The notes beneath the pieces were generated by a model, which had not been told where the DNA came from, searched no databases, and saw nothing but the letters and a program-made list of their open reading frames with translations. The position numbers and the translations under genes are program-made. Below are positions 33,309 to 42,329 of a stretch of 63,005 bases of DNA, piece by piece. The stretch is from Nanobdellota archaeon. Lineage in GTDB: Archaea; Nanobdellota; Nanobdellia; Pacearchaeales; GW2011-AR1. The first letter of the stretch is position 1. Every line of letters starts with the position of its first letter. The stretch lies in the NCBI GenBank assembly GCA_022563455.1, contig JADFNI010000001.1, positions 1 through 63,005 on the forward strand, given 5' to 3'.

Positions 33309-33692
33309 ATGGATTTAAAAAAAATATTTGAAGATGAAAGGGGTTATATTTATTTAGTTGAAGATTTGTTTGAGAGTGGACGAGAATTTACTTTTTTGGA
33401 AATTAAAAATGGATTTGCAAGAGGTGGATGCTTACATTCGAAAGACGAACAGATGGTAGTCCTTAAGGGAAAGATAACTTTTATTTGTGGAGATATTGAA
33501 GAAACATTGGTTAAGGGAGATTCTAGAAAAATTCCTGCTGAAGAACCTCACGCATTTATTGGATTAGAAGACTCTATTGTTAGTGAATGGGGAATAACAA
33601 GTGAGGATAAAAAGATGGATAGAAAAAATCCTGAACTTAGAGCAAGAGTGGATAAGATTAATGAAAATCGAAAAGAAGAATTAAAAGAATAA
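33309..33692 (+). CDS. Cupin-fold sugar epimerase/ketoisomerase-like protein (RmlC/FdtA/WxcM-like)
   Basis: FEDERGYIY...GFARGGCLHS...GD....PAEEPHAF is a cupin pattern. 127 aa. Confidence 0.5.
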   Translation: MDLKKIFEDERGYIYLVEDLFESGREFTFLEIKNGFARGGCLHSKDEQMVVLKGKITFICGDIEETLVKGDSRKIPAEEPHAFIGLEDSIVSEWGITSEDKKMDRKNPELRARVDKINENRKEELKE

Positions 33693-33721
33693 TATATAAA
33701 CAGCCTTGTTTTTTTTTATAT

Positions 33722-34831
33722 ATGAAAAATATTAAGGTATATCTTCAGCGCCCTTGGAAGTTTGCTGATTCTCCTTATTATCAATATTTACTTGGTAATC
33801 CTCCTAAAGGAATTACATATATTGGGCAAAATCAAAAAAAAGGTACATATAGTAATCGGTGGAAGTTTATTTTTTTGAGAGAAACTAAATTTTTGATTAG
33901 GAGAATCTTTAGAATTGTTCCAATTCCATTTCCTAATGCTCACCTAACAAAGTCTAAGGAAAAATATGATTTAATTCACTGTGCACACTGTTTGAGTCTT
34001 AATAATCGACCGTGGATTACAGATACTGAATGGGTTGGACAGTTCTGGCTTGCTGCGAATCATGAAAAACATCCAAATAGGAGAATTGTTAAGAAGATTC
34101 TTATGAATGACAATTGTAAGAAGATTCTTGCTTGGACTGAATGGTCAAAAAAAGGAATTCTAAAGGAATTTCCTGAAGTTAAAGATAAGGTGGAACTTAT
34201 TTATCCAGGGATTCCAGTACAAAAAATGAAGAAAAATAAAACTGATAAAGTTAGGCTTTTATTCGGTTCTAGAGCTTTTTATTTTAAGGGGGGACTCTAC
34301 GCATTGGAAGTAATTGACAGAATGACTAAAAAGTATGATAATGTTGAGGGCATTATTATTTCTGATGTTCCGGCAAAGGTGGTGAAAAAATATTCAAAAA
34401 ATAAAAAAATAAAATTTCATAATTTAATTCCTCAGAAAAAGTTTTTCAAAGAAATTTATCCAAATACTGATATCCTAATTTATCCTTCATTTACGGATAC
34501 TTTTGGATTTCATATGACTGAAGCTATGTCTTTTGGGATTCCTGTTGTAACTGCTAGTGGAACCTCTAGAAAAGAGATTGTAAGGAATGGTAAGACTGGA
34601 TTTGTTATTGAGTCTGGAATTGGTGAATCACTTCCAAAAGGCTTTTTGGAAAATTTGGAAAGGTATGGAAAAATTATAGATAGGATGTGTTTGAAAGTTT
34701 CTAAATTGATTGAGGATAAAGACCTAAGAGAGCGAATGTCAAAGGCAGCCTATGAAGAAATAAGCATTGGGAGATTTTCTATTAAGAAAATGCAGGAAAA
34801 ACTTATAAAGGTTTATAGAGAATCTATATGA
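33722..34831 (+). CDS. Glycosyltransferase family 4 (GT-B, group 1)
   Basis: The C-terminal motif is YPSFTDTFGFHMTEAMSFGIPVVTASGTSRKEIVRNGKTGFVIE (E..7E). Confidence 0.8.
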   Translation: MKNIKVYLQRPWKFADSPYYQYLLGNPPKGITYIGQNQKKGTYSNRWKFIFLRETKFLIRRIFRIVPIPFPNAHLTKSKEKYDLIHCAHCLSLNNRPWITDTEWVGQFWLAANHEKHPNRRIVKKILMNDNCKKILAWTEWSKKGILKEFPEVKDKVELIYPGIPVQKMKKNKTDKVRLLFGSRAFYFKGGLYALEVIDRMTKKYDNVEGIIISDVPAKVVKKYSKNKKIKFHNLIPQKKFFKEIYPNTDILIYPSFTDTFGFHMTEAMSFGIPVVTASGTSRKEIVRNGKTGFVIESGIGESLPKGFLENLERYGKIIDRMCLKVSKLIEDKDLRERMSKAAYEEISIGRFSIKKMQEKLIKVYRESI

Positions 34832-34845
34832 GACCCTAGTTTAAG

Positions 34846-35433
34846 ATGGATAAGATAGAAATTGCAGAAAAATGTTGGAAAAGTGCTATTCAGAGGAAGA
34901 GCTCATACTACAAATCGCTTTACAGGGATTTGAAATTTAAAATTGAATATCCTGTGCTTGAAATTGGGGGCGGTGCCGGAACATTTCTTAGATACAATGA
35001 TATAAAAGAGGCTACAATTTTAGATGTTGCAGGAGGGACGAGTTTGGCAGGAGATTATAAATTTATAAAAACAGATATTACTCAAAGATTTCCAAAATTA
35101 AATAAGAAATTTAAAACAATCTTTGCAATGGAAGTTCTAGAACATATAAAAAATCCACTCTATATTATGTCTCAGGTTTATGATTTGTTAGAGGGCGGCG
35201 GGAGGGGATATATTGCAATCCCATATACCCCCTTAGATCCCAAAAGGATTGGTAACGAAAATCCTTTTGATTGTCACGTTTGTAGATGGACAAAAAATGA
35301 AATAATTGACCAAATGCAAAAAATCGGATTTAAGGTAAGAGTTATCCAACAAAGGAGGAGATTTAAGAATACTGCTTTTTATCTTCCGCACTGTTGGTTA
35401 GTCTTGGAATTAAAAAAGAGAATGGAGCACTAA
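34846..35433 (+). CDS. Class I SAM-dependent methyltransferase (195 aa)
   Basis: VLEIGGGAGTF (motif I) and IFAMEVLEHIKNP. Confidence 0.75.
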   Translation: MDKIEIAEKCWKSAIQRKSSYYKSLYRDLKFKIEYPVLEIGGGAGTFLRYNDIKEATILDVAGGTSLAGDYKFIKTDITQRFPKLNKKFKTIFAMEVLEHIKNPLYIMSQVYDLLEGGGRGYIAIPYTPLDPKRIGNENPFDCHVCRWTKNEIIDQMQKIGFKVRVIQQRRRFKNTAFYLPHCWLVLELKKRMEH

Positions 35434-35434
35434 G

Positions 35435-36304
35435 GTGATAATTGTTGAAGTTGGAAGAGGTCTTGGAAATTCTATGTATGTTTATGCGGCTGGAAGATCT
35501 CTTGCCGAACACTATAAAACAGATTTTAGAATTGACACATCCTATTTGGATGCATGGCCTAGACCAAACTATAAGTATGGTGGTTCGTGGGATGTTGTTA
35601 TTGAAAAGTTCAATATTTCTGCTAAAAGGGCTAACAGAAAAGAATATGGTAGATTTCTTTTTAGAACTGGAATAAGATATATTGATAGATTTTTGTACAA
35701 ATTTAAACTGCTTGAAAAAAATGTGGTTAGATTTCCGACTAGTGGAAAAATTGAAGATTTTTATAAAATTCCCAAGGATACTTACCTTATAATATATGGG
35801 GGTGAAGATAAATTCTTTAAAAAGATTAAGAAAATTATTCAGAAAGAATTTACATTGAAAGAAAAATTTAAGAAGAATATATCTGAAGACTTAAAGAGGA
35901 TTTCTATGGAAAATTCTGTTAGTATACATGTTAGACACGGAGATGTTTTGGAGATAAAGAATGCAAACGTAATAGGACTTGAATTTTATAAACCTGCAAT
36001 TGAAATGATAAATAAAAAGGTAAAGAATCCTGTATTTTATGTTTTTTCAGATGACATTGATTGGTGTAAAAAGAATTTTAAAAAGTTGGGAGTTAAGATA
36101 AAATTTATGGAAGGGAATAAAGATTATGAAGATTTAGAACTTATGAAAGCTTGTAAACATAATATTATTACTAACAGTGCCCTTAGCTGGTGGGCGGGAT
36201 ATCTTAATACTAATACTCAAAAAATGGTTATTGCACCTAAGAATTTTACGCATTTCAAGGGAGCTAAGAGTACCATTTTGCCAAGAGAATGGATTAGGAT
36301 TTAG
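35435..36304 (+). CDS. Alpha-1,2-fucosyltransferase (glycosyltransferase family 11)
   Basis: (M)IIVEVGRGLGNSMYVYAAG, HVRHGD, YVFSDDIDWCKKNF and ITNSALSWWAGYL correspond to GT11 motifs I-IV. GTG start. Confidence 0.8.
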   Translation: MIIVEVGRGLGNSMYVYAAGRSLAEHYKTDFRIDTSYLDAWPRPNYKYGGSWDVVIEKFNISAKRANRKEYGRFLFRTGIRYIDRFLYKFKLLEKNVVRFPTSGKIEDFYKIPKDTYLIIYGGEDKFFKKIKKIIQKEFTLKEKFKKNISEDLKRISMENSVSIHVRHGDVLEIKNANVIGLEFYKPAIEMINKKVKNPVFYVFSDDIDWCKKNFKKLGVKIKFMEGNKDYEDLELMKACKHNIITNSALSWWAGYLNTNTQKMVIAPKNFTHFKGAKSTILPREWIRI

Positions 36305-36355
36305 AATAGGGTCTACGGGATAAGTATTTAAATACCTGTAAAATTACTTTTTTTG

Positions 36356-38566
36356 ATGGAAAATATAGTAATTGTTGGAACTGGAGACCATTATCATAGG
36401 TTTTTGGCCCCTTGTTTTGATACACTACAGCAGCAAAGAATATCAAATTTAGTTGCTACTGTAAGTATTAGTAATAAGGAATTTGATGATATATTTGAAG
36501 ATGTTAAAAATATTGTAAGAAATAAGGAAGACTTACTTAGTGATACTCTTAATGATATTAGGGATTTAGATCCAATTGTTATACTGGGACATGCCAATGA
36601 TTTTCATTTTAGAGATTTAAAAGACTTGGTGGAAAATGGTTTTAGAGTTATGGTTGAAAAGCCTTATGCTATAAATTTTGAAGAGTTTGATGGATTAAAG
36701 AAATTACTCAATGAATATCCTAAGAAAATATTTTTGCTTGATTCTTATCTTCTTAGAAAGTATGCCCCATTATGGTTAATAGGAGGGCTTATTAAAAAAG
36801 ATAACTTCTATCAAAATACAGGGAGTGTTTTTCAAGACTGTGCCACCCCTATATGTGAAAAAGAATTTAATTTAAATAAATTAAGAGAGATTGTTGGGGA
36901 GCCAACAGGAGTCTTTATATCTCTTTTAGAGGGGGAATTTGTTTCTTCAAATTTAAATCACCGTGGACCTCATCTTTTTGATAAAAGAAGAGGTGGGGGG
37001 ATGATTCAAGACTTATTTTTACATATGGTTTCTCCACTCTTTGTCTTTGAGGATTATTTAGGAAAAACGGATTCCTCGTTCTTGAATGGAGAATTGAAAG
37101 TTAGGAGGTGTAAGGAATTTGTTGATTTAGCCTATAAAAATCATGGAATTTCTAGGGAAAATGTAGCTGAGACTGCAATTAGTGCTAAGATTGTTACTTC
37201 TAGTGGGGTTCAGGTAAAGATAAGTGTTGGTAAATATATCTCTAAAGAGAATGAAAAGAGAATTGTGATTAAGGGCGAAAAGGGAAAAATTGATCTTGAT
37301 ATGGAAACTAATATTTTGTCTATTTATTCAGGAGATCGGTTGGTTGAAGAAATAAGACTTAATAATCAAAAGGACTTTAGGTATTATCCAGTTATAAGAT
37401 CTGGTTTGGAGTTTTTTGAGGGGAATAAACTATTTAATTTTGATATGGGGCAGGTATTGCTTGACTCACAAGAATTTTCCTTAAATGTGATTAAGAAATC
37501 TTTGGATTTAGAAGATCTTCAGAAATATGATTCTGGAGAGGAATATTCTGAAATCTTTGGGGAGAAACTAGATTATTTAAGTTTGGGAAAGATCACTTCA
37601 AGAAATTACTTTAATGAAAAGTTGTCCGTTTCTTCAAATAGCTTTTCCAAAAATATATCTCTGGTCTCTAATGCCAGTGAATTATTTCCAAATATGAATA
37701 TTAACAAACTTGATAGGAAATATACTAATGAGGAATTTATTGAGAACTTTAAGGATGCCGAAGTTGGAATTGTAGGCTTGGAACCTGTTGATGAGGAATT
37801 TTTGAAGGCCTGTAAGAAATTGAAGGCTATATCAAAGTATGGTGTTGGACTAAATAATATTGATTTTGGGGCTTGTAAAAAATATGGTGTTGAAGTTTTG
37901 TGGACGCCTGGAACTAATAGACTTTCAGTTGCTGAATTGACACTTTGCTTTATGATCTCTTCAATTAGAAATGTCAACAAAACATCAACTCAATTAAAAA
38001 GGGGACTTTGGAATAAAGCAGGAGGGGCTAATTTGAGTGAGAAGACTATTGGAATAATAGGAGTTGGGCATGTTGGAAAAAGATTAATTGAGTTGTTGAA
38101 ACCGTTTAATTGTAAAATTCTTATCAATGATGTTATTGATCTTGGAGATTATCCTGAAGAGAATAATGTTGAACTTGTTTCAAAAGAGAGAATATTTAGA
38201 GAATCTGACATCATAACTACACATACCTCATTAACAGATATTACAAGAAACTTAATCAATAAAGAAACTCTTTCTTTGATGAAGCCTTCTTCATTTATTA
38301 TTAATACTTCCAGAGGTGAAATAGTTAATGAGGAAGATCTATTTGATGCTTTAAAAAATGAGAAGATTGCAGGGGCAGCATTGGATGTTTATCAAACTGA
38401 GCCACCAAATGAGGATTGGTTGATTAGTTTGGATAATGTTATTTGTACACCTCACATTGGTGGAAATTCTAAAGAATCTATATTGGCTATGGGATTTTCA
38501 GCCATAGATAATTTACAGGAGTTTTTGGAAAATGAATCTAAAGGAAGAACTGAACTTAGCAATTGA
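36356..38566 (+). CDS. Fusion protein: Gfo/Idh/MocA-like oxidoreductase (N) + D-isomer-specific 2-hydroxyacid dehydrogenase (C)
   Basis: The N-terminus has IVIVGTGDHY...VMVEKPYA (EKP motif). The C-terminus has GIIGVGHVGKRL (NAD fold), INTSRGEIV and CTPHIGGNS. Confidence 0.7.
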   Translation: MENIVIVGTGDHYHRFLAPCFDTLQQQRISNLVATVSISNKEFDDIFEDVKNIVRNKEDLLSDTLNDIRDLDPIVILGHANDFHFRDLKDLVENGFRVMVEKPYAINFEEFDGLKKLLNEYPKKIFLLDSYLLRKYAPLWLIGGLIKKDNFYQNTGSVFQDCATPICEKEFNLNKLREIVGEPTGVFISLLEGEFVSSNLNHRGPHLFDKRRGGGMIQDLFLHMVSPLFVFEDYLGKTDSSFLNGELKVRRCKEFVDLAYKNHGISRENVAETAISAKIVTSSGVQVKISVGKYISKENEKRIVIKGEKGKIDLDMETNILSIYSGDRLVEEIRLNNQKDFRYYPVIRSGLEFFEGNKLFNFDMGQVLLDSQEFSLNVIKKSLDLEDLQKYDSGEEYSEIFGEKLDYLSLGKITSRNYFNEKLSVSSNSFSKNISLVSNASELFPNMNINKLDRKYTNEEFIENFKDAEVGIVGLEPVDEEFLKACKKLKAISKYGVGLNNIDFGACKKYGVEVLWTPGTNRLSVAELTLCFMISSIRNVNKTSTQLKRGLWNKAGGANLSEKTIGIIGVGHVGKRLIELLKPFNCKILINDVIDLGDYPEENNVELVSKERIFRESDIITTHTSLTDITRNLINKETLSLMKPSSFIINTSRGEIVNEEDLFDALKNEKIAGAALDVYQTEPPNEDWLISLDNVICTPHIGGNSKESILAMGFSAIDNLQEFLENESKGRTELSN

Positions 38567-39260
38567 GGCTGCAAGAAAAGCAGGAGAATATCTTAGAGAT
38601 CTTAAATTAAAAGATATTGAAGTATTAAGTAATTTAGATAATGATATTAAATTAGATGTTGATAAAAAAGCAGAGGGAATAATTTTAAATCAGCTTAAAG
38701 ATTCTATTCATGGGATTCTTTCTGAAGAATCAGGGAATGTTAGGGAATCTAAGACGGGCCTTAAGTGGGTGATTGATCCACTTGATGGAAGTCTTAACTT
38801 TTTTAAGGGCTTGCCACAAAATGTTGTTTCAATAGGCCTTTTTAAAGACTTAAAGCCAATAGCCGGAGTTGTTTATGATTATAATCAGGATGAGATGTAT
38901 ACGGGAATTGTAGGAAGTGGTGCATGGTTAAATGGCCAAAATATTAAGGTTAGCGATATAAGTCCTGCTGACAAATCAATTATGGCCATAGGATTTCCTT
39001 CGAAATTAGAAATTACTGAAGAACACTTATTAGATTTTGTTAAAAAAATTCAGACATATAAAAAAATAAGATATTTTGGGAGTGCTGCTCTTTCCCTTGT
39101 ATATGTTGCTTCTGGAAAACTTGAAGCATACACTCAAGAAGGAATTAAGTTTTGGGATTTTGCAGGGGGTTTGGCCATAGCTGTGGCGGCAGGGGCAAAA
39201 ACTAAAATAGAAAAATTAGGAGGAGATAATAACTTTAAGATAGAAGTGTTTAATATTTAA
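38532..39260 (+). CDS. Inositol monophosphatase-family phosphatase
   Basis: ILSEESG, WVIDPLDGSLNF and WDFAGG motifs. Confidence 0.85.
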   Translation: MNLKEELNLAIEAARKAGEYLRDLKLKDIEVLSNLDNDIKLDVDKKAEGIILNQLKDSIHGILSEESGNVRESKTGLKWVIDPLDGSLNFFKGLPQNVVSIGLFKDLKPIAGVVYDYNQDEMYTGIVGSGAWLNGQNIKVSDISPADKSIMAIGFPSKLEITEEHLLDFVKKIQTYKKIRYFGSAALSLVYVASGKLEAYTQEGIKFWDFAGGLAIAVAAGAKTKIEKLGGDNNFKIEVFNI

Positions 39261-39942
39261 TTCTGGTTAACTTTTCAATGTTTTCAATGTTTTCAATAAT
39301 TAATTTGGCCATTAAAAAATCTAGCTCTACATCTATATCAATTCCCTCTATTTCGTCAATCTCTAATAAGTAGGGTTTATCTCCAACTCGCCTCTTTAAA
39401 TTCATTAGGGGTTGATTTTTTATGGCATATAATCCAGTAGTTTCAATTATCAATGGGATGGCGTCCTGACTTCTAGATAAATTTCCAGGAGTGTAAGTTA
39501 TGGGATTCCCGTCATACCATGCCCAGTCATGCCTTTTATTAACTGTAAAAACCGAATCGTATTCTTGCCTTTTTTCAAGAATATCAATCGCCTTATTTAT
39601 AGTCTCTACTCTTAAAAATGGGGCTGTGGCAAATAATTGAATATAAATATCTGATTCAATTTTCTCCGCAGATTTAAGGAGCATATTATCTCCAGTGCTT
39701 TTAACACCGTAATATTCCGGAGGTTGATCTAATATTCTAACTTTTTTATCCCCCTTCGAGTTAATTTCTTCAATTGCTTCTTTACTGTCAGTAGTTATAA
39801 ATATAATATCTAAATTACTCTTTCTTGCAGTTTCAACTATTCTTTCATAAAGCTTCATTCCACCCAACTCTCTAAAATTCTTTCTAGGTACTCTCTGACT
39901 ATTTTCCTTAAATGCAATAAACCCTACGGAGTGATATTTCAT
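39250..39942 (-). CDS. Acylneuraminate/CMP-sugar cytidylyltransferase family protein (NeuA/KdsB-like)
   Basis: IAFKENSQRVPRKNFRELGGMKLYERIVETA...IFITTDS is the CTP_transf_3 pattern. Confidence 0.7.
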   Translation of the reverse strand: MKYHSVGFIAFKENSQRVPRKNFRELGGMKLYERIVETARKSNLDIIFITTDSKEAIEEINSKGDKKVRILDQPPEYYGVKSTGDNMLLKSAEKIESDIYIQLFATAPFLRVETINKAIDILEKRQEYDSVFTVNKRHDWAWYDGNPITYTPGNLSRSQDAIPLIIETTGLYAIKNQPLMNLKRRVGDKPYLLEIDEIEGIDIDVELDFLMAKLIIENIENIEKLTRIKY

Positions 39943-39976
39943 AAATTTTTTAAGATCTGCCCTTTTTTATATCTTG

Positions 39977-41308
39977 TCATAGATTATTTTTACTAATTAT
40001 ATTCATCACTTCCCTATAATAATTCTGGGGAACTGTTCCCCTTGAAGGGATAAAAAAGTTTTTCTTAAACTCTTTTTCATAGAGGTCTATCCATCTTTTA
40101 TGGGTTTTGGAATTTTCTATATTTTTTATTAGCATTTCTAATTCTTTAGAACTCCCAAAAGTGTCATTATTTTTCCAAAGACTTACAAGTGCATCATCTT
40201 TGAATCTAAAAATTGGTTTATGATGGCCTAGAGCCTCTATAGCAACAGTACTATTATGGAGAATCATGAAATCATGAGAGGATAAAATATCCTTTATTGA
40301 TACTCCATTTTTGATAAAGGATATGTTTTTTGAAGTGATTAGTTTTTCATAATTTTTAGGATCATCAAAAGGGTGTAATGAAATTTCAAGTTTAATTTTT
40401 GGATTTTTGTGAGCAAATTCATTTATTAGATTGCATATTTTTGGACTACTACTATCTGGACCTATTACCGGCAAAAATACTACACCTTTTTTTGAACGAG
40501 ATATTCTTTTTGATTTTTTTTCCATTGATGAAATTTTAGGGTTACCTGCAACCAATATTGATTTTTTATTAGTATATTCTTTTAGAACATCTGCTGTTTT
40601 TTCACCCCATATGAGATTATAATCAGATACTATATTTTCTTGAAGTATTGATGCTGCATGGAAGCGGGGATATTCTATTATAAAACCATGCTGCAAGGTA
40701 AATGTTGGAACATTATTATTTTTGCAAATTAATGTTAGAATAGCCTCTTCTGGAAAAGCCTGAGAGCAAAATGAGATATATGCTTTTGGAGTATATTCCT
40801 CGTAAATTTTTTGAAATTGTTCTATTTGTTTATATCTAAAGTATGTTCTTGCAATAAAGAAGAAATATTTATCTTCTAGTACTTCTTTCATATTTGATTT
40901 TTTAAATTTCTTCCAGATTTTGTATAATAGAAAGATATTTGGTATTTTATAAGAAACTTTGAATGGAGAGTTACTTTTTTTATATTCATATGCATCTAGC
41001 ATTGTTATGTCTTTTTTAGGAAATTTCTCTAATGCCTTCTTTACTAAATTATGATGATCCTTTCTAGCCATGATATATGAAGCTAAAATGTTTCCTTTTT
41101 TTCCTTTTATATTAAATTTATCTTTTGTAAATAAACACTTTAAGATCATTGCAATTTTTCTCCAAGGTACTTTTTCAGGACTTTTGTAATATACATATAC
41201 CTCAGGAGCCATGATCGGCCATAGGGAGATTCCTTTGTATGAAATTTTTGAATAAAATTTCTTTGATTCTTTTATGAAAAGTATTTTTTGATCCCAAGGG
41301 GTTACCAT
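39977..41308 (-). CDS. Hypothetical protein, possible GT-B-like glycosyl/capsule-polysaccharide transferase (443 aa)
   Basis: A long ORF co-directional with the NeuA-like gene. No confident motif, so the functional guess rests on context only. Confidence 0.35.
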   Translation of the reverse strand: MVTPWDQKILFIKESKKFYSKISYKGISLWPIMAPEVYVYYKSPEKVPWRKIAMILKCLFTKDKFNIKGKKGNILASYIMARKDHHNLVKKALEKFPKKDITMLDAYEYKKSNSPFKVSYKIPNIFLLYKIWKKFKKSNMKEVLEDKYFFFIARTYFRYKQIEQFQKIYEEYTPKAYISFCSQAFPEEAILTLICKNNNVPTFTLQHGFIIEYPRFHAASILQENIVSDYNLIWGEKTADVLKEYTNKKSILVAGNPKISSMEKKSKRISRSKKGVVFLPVIGPDSSSPKICNLINEFAHKNPKIKLEISLHPFDDPKNYEKLITSKNISFIKNGVSIKDILSSHDFMILHNSTVAIEALGHHKPIFRFKDDALVSLWKNNDTFGSSKELEMLIKNIENSKTHKRWIDLYEKEFKKNFFIPSRGTVPQNYYREVMNIISKNNL

Positions 41309-41383
41309 TAATTTTTTAAAAAAACTTGTTTTATATAATTATGTTTTAAGTAGATTTAAAAAAGAGATAGAATTAATTATTTT

Positions 41384-42310
41384 ATGGTAAAAAAATCCTA
41401 TGATGTTCCAATCTTATATATGATCTTTAATAGGCCTGCTGAAACAAGAAGATCGTTTGAAGCAATTAGAAATATCAAGCCAAGAAAACTTTTTATTTCT
41501 TCAGATGCTCCAAGGAGGAATAATAAAAAAGATAAGATATATAATGATGAAGTTAAAAGAATTGTATCAAAAATAGATTGGCCTTGTAAGGTTAAAAGGC
41601 TTTATAGATCTAAAAATCTTGGATGTAAGTTGTGTTGCACATCTGCTGTTACTTGGTTTTTTAAAAATGTTGAGAAAGGAATAATAATTGAAGATGATTG
41701 TTTAGTTTCTGAAGACTTTTTTAGATATATGAAAGAAATTCTAGAAAAATATAGAAATGATGAAAGGGTGATGCATGTTGCAGGAGATAATTTCTTAAAT
41801 GGTTGGAGAAGAGATGAATATTCTTATTATTTTTCTAAATATCCTTTCATGTGGGGGTGGGGAACATGGAGACGAGCTTGGGCAAAATATGATATAAATA
41901 CTAAACTTTATCCGGAAATAAAGAGAAAAGGATATTTTAAAGATCTTTATAGAAATTGGAGAGATATTAAAACCATTACTTCAAATTTAGACTTAACCTA
42001 TTATAAGAATTTCGATACATGGGATTATCAGTGGGTTTTTTCTATAATGATTAATAACGCACTCGTAGTAGTTCCAAATAAAAACCTTGTACAAAATATT
42101 GGGTTTGAAAATACTGCAACGCATACAAAGTATTCGCTAGATAATGAATTTCACCTTCCTCTTGAAAAAATAAAATTTCCACTAAAACATCCACCTTATG
42201 TGATAAGAGATCATGAATCCGATAGGAGATATTCTAAATGGTTATGGAAAATTAAGCTTAGAAATTTCTTTTTAAAAAAGTCTGGTTTATTGAATTTGTA
42301 TAAGGCTTAA
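41384..42310 (+). CDS. GT-A fold glycosyltransferase (GNT-I/HlpA-like)
   Basis: PILYMIFNRPAETRRSFEAI...IIIEDDCLVSEDFF carries the EDD motif of the GNT-I-like family. Confidence 0.5.
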   Translation: MVKKSYDVPILYMIFNRPAETRRSFEAIRNIKPRKLFISSDAPRRNNKKDKIYNDEVKRIVSKIDWPCKVKRLYRSKNLGCKLCCTSAVTWFFKNVEKGIIIEDDCLVSEDFFRYMKEILEKYRNDERVMHVAGDNFLNGWRRDEYSYYFSKYPFMWGWGTWRRAWAKYDINTKLYPEIKRKGYFKDLYRNWRDIKTITSNLDLTYYKNFDTWDYQWVFSIMINNALVVVPNKNLVQNIGFENTATHTKYSLDNEFHLPLEKIKFPLKHPPYVIRDHESDRRYSKWLWKIKLRNFFLKKSGLLNLYKA

Positions 42311-42329
42311 ATTTATTTTGATCCTTGAA

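Noticed and set aside
35442-35675. 77-aa ORF in an alternative frame at the start of the GT11 gene.
   Set aside because: It overlaps the GT11 reading frame, which carries all the family motifs.
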